DNA of 11,983 nt, from contig JBHLMP010000055.1 of assembly GCA_048938025.1 (NCBI GenBank), positions 10,921 through 22,903 of the forward strand. The letters run 5' to 3'. The notes beneath the pieces were generated by a model. The model did no database searches. It had not been told where the DNA came from and saw nothing but the letters and a program-made list of their open reading frames with translations. Origin of the DNA: Promethearchaeota archaeon (lineage in GTDB: Archaea > Asgardarchaeota > Lokiarchaeia > Sigyniarchaeales > SOKP01). Shown here piece by piece: positions 6,826 through 11,983 of this stretch; the stretch's first letter is position 1, and each line of letters begins with the position of its first letter. The translations under genes and the position numbers were made by a program.

Positions 6826-8739
6826 ATGCAAATTGGAGGCATCATTGATATAAGTACTAAAGATATTCCTAATAAATCTTCAATGGTAATTTTTACAGTT
6901 GGTTGTAATTTGAGTTGTAGTTTTTGTCATAATAAATACCTATTACAACCAAATGTAGGAAAAAACATGGTAATTAATGAAGTGCTTAAACAAGTTAGGA
7001 GTAATTTATTAATTAGTGGAGTTAGTATTAGTGGAGGAGAACCCACACTTCAACAAGATTTGATAGATTTATGTAGAGAAATTAGAAAAATTGGTAAATA
7101 TTTAAGTTTAGATACAAATGGGACTACACCTCATATTATTAAAAAATTGATTCCCTATATTAATAGAATTGCTTTAGATTTAAAAGGACCATTAAAAAAA
7201 GAACGATACAAAGAAATAACTGGTGGAAATGTTGATCCCAACCTAATAATTGAAACATTTCATCTTGTAAATAAACAAAAAGATATTGATCTTGAAATTA
7301 GGACGACATATGTGGAAAACTTAATTGTACCAGATGATATTCATGAAATAATTGATTTTCTAAAGAAAAATGAATTTAAGGGAACCTTTGTACTTCAACA
7401 GTATCAATATTCTGAAGGTGTAGGAGAGGATTTAAAAAATGTTTTTCAAAAACCAGAACATTTATTTTTACTCAATATTCTTAAGCCATATAAGGATGTA
7501 AAACTACCATTTAAAATGTTCCTAAGAGATGAAATTGTAGGATATTCTAATATAGATAAATTATTTGAACAAACTTCTGATGAATTAAAAATGAATGAAA
7601 AAGAAATTTTAGACGTAATACAATCGTGTATTGATTGTAAATTATGCATGGATTCATGTGATACTTATTCTGTCACTCAAGATGAATTAAAATCCCCAAA
7701 TGGACGATTAAATATCGCTGAAAAAGTCTTTAAAAATGAAGAAATTTCTGAAGAAGAACGAATTGGATTATACACATGTACTTTATGTGGGATGTGTGAT
7801 CGAGTTTGTCAGCAAAATATCCCAATCGCAGAAACTATTCATTCAGCTAAAATAAAATTAGTAGAACAAGGTAAAGCACCTTTAGATATTCATAATAAAA
7901 TTATTAAGGGAATACTTGAAAAAGATAATAGTGTTAATGGAGATCCTGAAAAGCGGTTAGATTGGATTCCAGATATATATCGGGATGCTGAGCCCTTTGA
8001 AAAAAAAAATTCTGATACATTATTATTCTTAGGATGTATGTCTTCTTTTCGGGTAAAAGAAAGTGCTAGTGCTTCATACGCACTTTTAAAAGAAGGAAAT
8101 TATAATTTTAAAATTTTAGAAAAAGAACCTTGTTGTGGTGAGTATATCTATTCTGCCGGAAATCTTCAGTTAGCTAAAAAATTGTTTCAAGAAAATGTTG
8201 AGTTATTTAAAAAAATTGGTATAAAAACAATAATCGTTACATGTGGAGGATGCTTATATGCTTTTGATAAAGTATATCGAAAATATTTCAAAGATTTTAA
8301 TATTGAAGTAAAACATATAGTTGAAGTTATCTATGAATTAGAGAAGGAGGGGAAAATAAAGCTAAATCCTCTTGCTAAATCGATAACTTACCATGACCCT
8401 TGTAGGCTTGGTAGAAAATATGTAAATGGTCCCTTATATAATGAGCCTAGAGAATTATTAAATAAATGCGGAATAAAAGTAAAAGAGTTGGTTGAAGAAC
8501 ACGACGATTGTCCATGTTGCGGATCAGGTTCCGGTATTAGAGGAGTTGATAGCAGTATTTGTATAAAAATCGGCAAGCAACTATTTGACAAAATAGAAAC
8601 TAAGGAGATTGCTTCCTCTTGTCCCTTATGTGTTTTTAATTTTAGATATGTAAATTATAAGACTGAAGCAGATAAAGAATGTAAATATATTACAGATTTT
8701 ATCCTTGAAGCCCTTAAAAAAAATAATAATTTAAATTAA
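6826..8739 (+). CDS. nrdG: Fusion: NrdG-like (anaerobic RNR-activating) radical SAM domain plus (Fe-S)-binding 2x[4Fe-4S]/double-CCG oxidoreductase (HdrD/GlcF-like)
   Basis: aa 1-255: MQIGG..STKDIP, GCNLSCSFCHN (CX3CX2C), SGGEPTLQ, LDTNG, ALDLK, EIRTT, LQQY. From Met256 (7591): CIDCKLCMDSC, SPNGR, CTLCGMCDRVC, FLGC, EPCCG, TCGGC, YHDPCRLGR, CCGSG, SSCPLC. The symbol applies to the N-terminal domain only. Confidence 0.85.
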   Translation: MQIGGIIDISTKDIPNKSSMVIFTVGCNLSCSFCHNKYLLQPNVGKNMVINEVLKQVRSNLLISGVSISGGEPTLQQDLIDLCREIRKIGKYLSLDTNGTTPHIIKKLIPYINRIALDLKGPLKKERYKEITGGNVDPNLIIETFHLVNKQKDIDLEIRTTYVENLIVPDDIHEIIDFLKKNEFKGTFVLQQYQYSEGVGEDLKNVFQKPEHLFLLNILKPYKDVKLPFKMFLRDEIVGYSNIDKLFEQTSDELKMNEKEILDVIQSCIDCKLCMDSCDTYSVTQDELKSPNGRLNIAEKVFKNEEISEEERIGLYTCTLCGMCDRVCQQNIPIAETIHSAKIKLVEQGKAPLDIHNKIIKGILEKDNSVNGDPEKRLDWIPDIYRDAEPFEKKNSDTLLFLGCMSSFRVKESASASYALLKEGNYNFKILEKEPCCGEYIYSAGNLQLAKKLFQENVELFKKIGIKTIIVTCGGCLYAFDKVYRKYFKDFNIEVKHIVEVIYELEKEGKIKLNPLAKSITYHDPCRLGRKYVNGPLYNEPRELLNKCGIKVKELVEEHDDCPCCGSGSGIRGVDSSICIKIGKQLFDKIETKEIASSCPLCVFNFRYVNYKTEADKECKYITDFILEALKKNNNLN

Positions 8740-8802
8740 CTTCTTATTTTTCCTATTGATTTAGTATCTATTGAAGCCTTTTTGATAAAAATGTAAAAGT
8801 CT

Positions 8803-8838
8803 ATTATGATGATGAAAATTACTATTTTGAATCATAAT
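8803..8838 (+). ncRNA. Candidate kink-turn RNA element
   Basis: ATTATGAT(8803-10) pairs with ATCATAAT(8831-38). Then a 3-nt bulge GAU, tandem G8814.A8830 / A8815.G8829, and AAA/TTT closing a short loop. Contains the box C-like ATGATGA. Confidence 0.4.
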
Positions 8839-8974
8839 TCTTAATTTTTTTAAACATTTTAAACTCATCTTCCTAACCAATAGCTTTTTATTTAACGCTA
8901 TTTTTTATAGATCATTAAATTTTGAATATATATTCGTTTAATAAAATAAAAAAAACCTTTCAAAGTGAGAATTT

Positions 8975-9484
8975 ATGCCAAGTTTTGAAGAAACGTATGA
9001 AGCAATTAAGGCAGATTGGAATGCTGGAGAAAAAAATTTCAATATAGAATGTGAAATGCTTCCTGATGGAATGCAAGTAAATTGTATTATGGGCAATCCA
9101 GGAGGAGAACCTTTTGAATTACTTATTGATGCTCCAGGCGGATTAGGTGGCACAAATAAAGGACCATCTCCTTTACTAGTCATTTTATCGTCAATTGGTG
9201 CCTGTATAATTGCTGTGACCAATTTTTGGGCTAAGATTATGGGTATTAAAATTGAAGAATTGAAAGTATTTTCTCGAGGTCATATCAATCTTGGTGCGAT
9301 CTTTGGTATAGATGATAATAAACTTCCAGGATATGATAAGCTTGAACCTGTAATCAGAATTAAAGCAGATGCATCTGAAGAAAAAATCAATGAACTTATG
9401 GATAAAGTCTTTACTCATTGTCCTGTTATTACAAATTTTGGAGGAGCATCAAAAATTACTCCTAAAGTTCAAATAAGAAGCTAA
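8975..9484 (+). CDS. OsmC/Ohr-like family protein
   Basis: D.P..LGG...GPSP...SSIGAC and C-terminal HCPV give the two conserved cysteines. The G.INL..IFGI...PGY segment is typical of this OsmC-like subgroup. Confidence 0.88.
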   Translation: MPSFEETYEAIKADWNAGEKNFNIECEMLPDGMQVNCIMGNPGGEPFELLIDAPGGLGGTNKGPSPLLVILSSIGACIIAVTNFWAKIMGIKIEELKVFSRGHINLGAIFGIDDNKLPGYDKLEPVIRIKADASEEKINELMDKVFTHCPVITNFGGASKITPKVQIRS

Positions 9485-9502
9485 AATAAAATATAAAGTT
9501 CC

Positions 9503-9513
9503 TTTTTTTTTTT
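9503..9513 (+). terminator. Oligo-T (T11) putative terminator of the OsmC-like gene
   Basis: An 11-T run starts 19 nt after the stop and abuts the stop of the convergent MBL gene. Confidence 0.5.
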
Positions 9514-10390
9514 ATTTTGATCCTTTTTTTCGAATTCTCCTTTTAAAAATAGGAGGCAATTTAAGTAATGATCGAACTAAGTTTTCTCTTGACATATCTC
9601 CTCCTGTAGCAGCCTTTAGCCAACTTTCTTTTCCAAAAATTCGTTTTACTATTTGACGCGGATTTATTGATTTATTAAAAAGATCTACACACTTTTCTCT
9701 TATATCGTACCAATATTCTATTAAATTATTTAATTCTTTAATTGTAATAACTCGCCCATCCTCTAAAAAGATGTACTTTGGATTGAGTATCTTAAATTTA
9801 TTAAATGTTTCTAACATTTCAATTGCATTTTCCCAATTAAAAATAACATTTTGTTTTTCATCGATAAAAGCATCAGTAGAAAACAATAATTGTTTTTTTA
9901 AATGAAAAAAAGAGATTAAATTCTTGCAATGTCCTGGTGAGGGGATTATTTTAAATCTTGCTTTTGTTGTATTAATATATTCTTGATTAGGGAGTAATTT
10001 ACCTTTGAAAGGCTTAGGTAAACCCCAAGTTAACATCCTTTCAGGAGGAATTCTAATTTTTTGCCTGACTAAAAACAATGTTATCTTTGTTCCATATATA
10101 GAAGTTTTATATTTATTTATCAAATCATAGCATGCTCCAATATGATCTTCATGATGATGACTTAAGACACATATCTCAACATTTTCAAAATCTAATAAAT
10201 TCAAAAAGTGATCTTTAGCATGATAATGTCCAAAGTCTATTAGCAATCCATCAATTAAGTAAGCAGAAACCCATAATACAGGATTATTTTGAAGATCTAA
10301 AGTAGACATTCTATAAATTTTAACTGTCTCTCTTTCAATTAATTCAACTTTAACAGAAATTATAAAATATCGCCTTAGACGTTTAATCAA
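9512..10390 (-). CDS. MBL-fold metallo-hydrolase (second family; start uncertain, TTG 10390 or ATA 10363)
   Basis: LLIDFG, SHHHEDH, SPGH and FSTD motifs are present. The last His motif is replaced (IFLEDG). A C-terminal helical extension follows. Confidence 0.85.
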   Translation of the reverse strand: MIKRLRRYFIISVKVELIERETVKIYRMSTLDLQNNPVLWVSAYLIDGLLIDFGHYHAKDHFLNLLDFENVEICVLSHHHEDHIGACYDLINKYKTSIYGTKITLFLVRQKIRIPPERMLTWGLPKPFKGKLLPNQEYINTTKARFKIIPSPGHCKNLISFFHLKKQLLFSTDAFIDEKQNVIFNWENAIEMLETFNKFKILNPKYIFLEDGRVITIKELNNLIEYWYDIREKCVDLFNKSINPRQIVKRIFGKESWLKAATGGDMSRENLVRSLLKLPPIFKRRIRKKGSK

Positions 10391-10434
10391 CTTTTAAAAA
10401 CAAAATAATATAAAGAAAATACGGATACACTTTA

Positions 10435-11280
10435 TTATTTCAATCCATAATTTGGTTTTCTTTTACTAAAGAAAGCACTAGCAGCTTCATTCACATCTGT
10501 TGAGGAAAAAGCTAATACAATAGAGCTATTCTCAAATTGTAATATATTATTTAAGCTCGGAGTATCTAAAGATAAATTAAGTGCTTCTTTTGTCATACGT
10601 AGGCCTAAAGGGCTTTTAATTAAGATTTCTTCAGCAATTCTAGTTGCTTCATCCAGAAGGTTTTCTTTCTCTACAACTTTTGATACAAATCCGATCCTTT
10701 CAGCTTCTTTTCCACTAACATCTTTGCCCCTATAAAGTATTTCTGCAGCTCGAGACATACCAATAAGACGTGGTAGGAAATAACTACCCCCCATATCTGC
10801 TCCTGATAACCCAATATTAATAGATGCATTAATAAATTTTGTATCTTCAGTTGCTATTCTAATATCTGCCGCCATTGCAAATGCAAATCCTCCACCAACG
10901 ATTGAGCCATGAATAGCAGCTATTATTGGCTGTGAAATTTTTCTCATCTTCATAATTATTTGAGTAATATACCATTGATGGTATATTTTCCTTTTTATCG
11001 GTTCTGAGATATCTAAAAAATGAAATTTACCATATCCTTCTGGAATTTTTTTTGAATTTAAAATTAGACCTTCTTGTAAATCAGTACCAGCCGAAAAAGC
11101 TCTTCCTTCCCCTCTTAAAATAAGAACTCGACAATCTAAATTTACCATTAAATAATCTAGTACTTGATGTAGTTCCTCTTCCATTAGAAAGGAAATAGCA
11201 TTTAGTTTTTCAGGTCTATTTAAAGATAAAATACCTATACCGTTTTCTTTTAATTCAAACTTAATCGTTTTATATTCCAT
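10435..11280 (-). CDS. Enoyl-CoA hydratase/isomerase (crotonase) family protein
   Basis: LNRPEKLNA, RAFSAGTDL, PIIAAIHG..VGGG, ADIRIA, LPRLIG, EAERIG, AFFSKRKP. Confidence 0.95.
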   Translation of the reverse strand: MEYKTIKFELKENGIGILSLNRPEKLNAISFLMEEELHQVLDYLMVNLDCRVLILRGEGRAFSAGTDLQEGLILNSKKIPEGYGKFHFLDISEPIKRKIYHQWYITQIIMKMRKISQPIIAAIHGSIVGGGFAFAMAADIRIATEDTKFINASINIGLSGADMGGSYFLPRLIGMSRAAEILYRGKDVSGKEAERIGFVSKVVEKENLLDEATRIAEEILIKSPLGLRMTKEALNLSLDTPSLNNILQFENSSIVLAFSSTDVNEAASAFFSKRKPNYGLK

Positions 11281-11305
11281 TTTCTATCCCCATGTATTGG
11301 TTTTC

Positions 11306-11983
11306 CTAAGATAATGGATATTTAGGTCTTCTTTTTTCAAAAAAAGCATTTACTCCTTCGAGCAAATCATCAGATGTTGAACATAACATTTGTGAACGAT
11401 TTTCTAATTGCATAATTGTCTCTAAGCTAGGAGAATCAAGTGATAGATTAATTGCTTCTTTAGTCATACGAAGTCCTAAGGGACTTTTTGTAAGTAAACT
11501 TTTAGCAATTACCATTGCAGCATCTAATAATTTAGTCTCATCACCCTTTATCACTTTAGAAACAATCCCAATTCTTTCAGCTTCTTCAGCAGCTACAAAA
11601 CGTCCTGTATATATTATTTCAGCAGCTCGCGACATACCAATAAGGCGAGGGAGATGATAACTACTTGCTAAATCAGAACCTGAAAGACCAATATTTATAA
11701 AGGAATTTGCCATTTTTGCATCTTCTCCTGCAATTCTTATATCTGCTGCTAAAGCAAAAGTAAATCCTCCTCCAGTTGCTGGTCCTTGAATTATCGCTAT
11801 TATTGGTTGACTTATCTTTCTCATTTTAATGATTAAATGACTAGTTCTCCATTGGGCATACATTTTTGCTTTTATTAAATCTTTATCTGGAGCATTCATG
11901 AAAAAAAATTTTTTTTTCAATTCTTCAGGTTTCTTTTTTGATTGAAGTACTATAGATTCTCTTAGATCTAATCCAGCACAAAA
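11306..11983 (-). CDS. Enoyl-CoA hydratase/isomerase (crotonase) family protein, 5'-truncated by the window
   Basis: The frame stays open past the track start (11920) to the edge, reading FCAGLDLRESIVLQSKKKPEE. FCAGLDL is the internal crotonase oxyanion motif, so the real start is outside the window. Confidence 0.95.
   Translation of the reverse strand, partial: FCAGLDLRESIVLQSKKKPEELKKKFFFMNAPDKDLIKAKMYAQWRTSHLIIKMRKISQPIIAIIQGPATGGGFTFALAADIRIAGEDAKMANSFINIGLSGSDLASSYHLPRLIGMSRAAEIIYTGRFVAAEEAERIGIVSKVIKGDETKLLDAAMVIAKSLLTKSPLGLRMTKEAINLSLDSPSLETIMQLENRSQMLCSTSDDLLEGVNAFFEKRRPKYPLS

Noticed and set aside
7446-7649. 67-aa minus-strand ORF
   Set aside because: Lies wholly antisense to the motif-rich fusion gene and has no recognisable features.
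8388-8591. 67-aa minus-strand ORF
   Set aside because: Antisense shadow of the second CCG domain.
8761-8868. 35-codon minus-strand ORF MSLKCLKK...HHH...NRY in the intergenic region
   Set aside because: Short, with no well-spaced SD and no recognisable motif. It is expected by chance.
8753-8905. Recurrent CTATT pentamer as a possible CRISPR or iteron array
   Set aside because: Only 5 bp long with irregular spacing and no longer conserved repeat.
8938-9418. Two minus-strand ORFs (94 and 75 aa)
   Set aside because: Antisense to the well-supported OsmC-like gene.
11900-11918. A8-T9 near-palindromic homopolymer as a slippage or phase-variation site
   Set aside because: The reading frame is intact on both sides (KKKFFF) and aligns with the paralogue.

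Overview
AT-rich archaeal-looking window, most likely from an Asgard archaeon (Lokiarchaeia-like). This is inferred from two roadblock/LC7 genes next to a longin-like gene, a large sequon-rich type-I membrane protein and tandem crotonases. Gene order: 5'-truncated giant surface glycoprotein (+), roadblock A (-), roadblock B (-; longer than the ORF track shows, apparently with an ATC/ATA start), longin-like (+), glyoxalase-II-like MBL hydrolase (-), small winged-helix protein (-), PfkB kinase (+), NrdG-like radical SAM fused in frame to a 2x[4Fe-4S]/CCG oxidoreductase (+), OsmC-like (+), second MBL hydrolase (-), and two tandem crotonase paralogues (-; the last runs off the window). I saw no rRNA, tRNA, CRISPR array or mobile element. 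Most notable: the radical SAM-CCG fusion, a canonical-geometry k-turn just downstream of it, probable non-canonical start codons, and adaptin-type sorting motifs in the membrane protein tail next to the longin/roadblock cluster. All family assignments come from motif recognition by eye, not from database searches.
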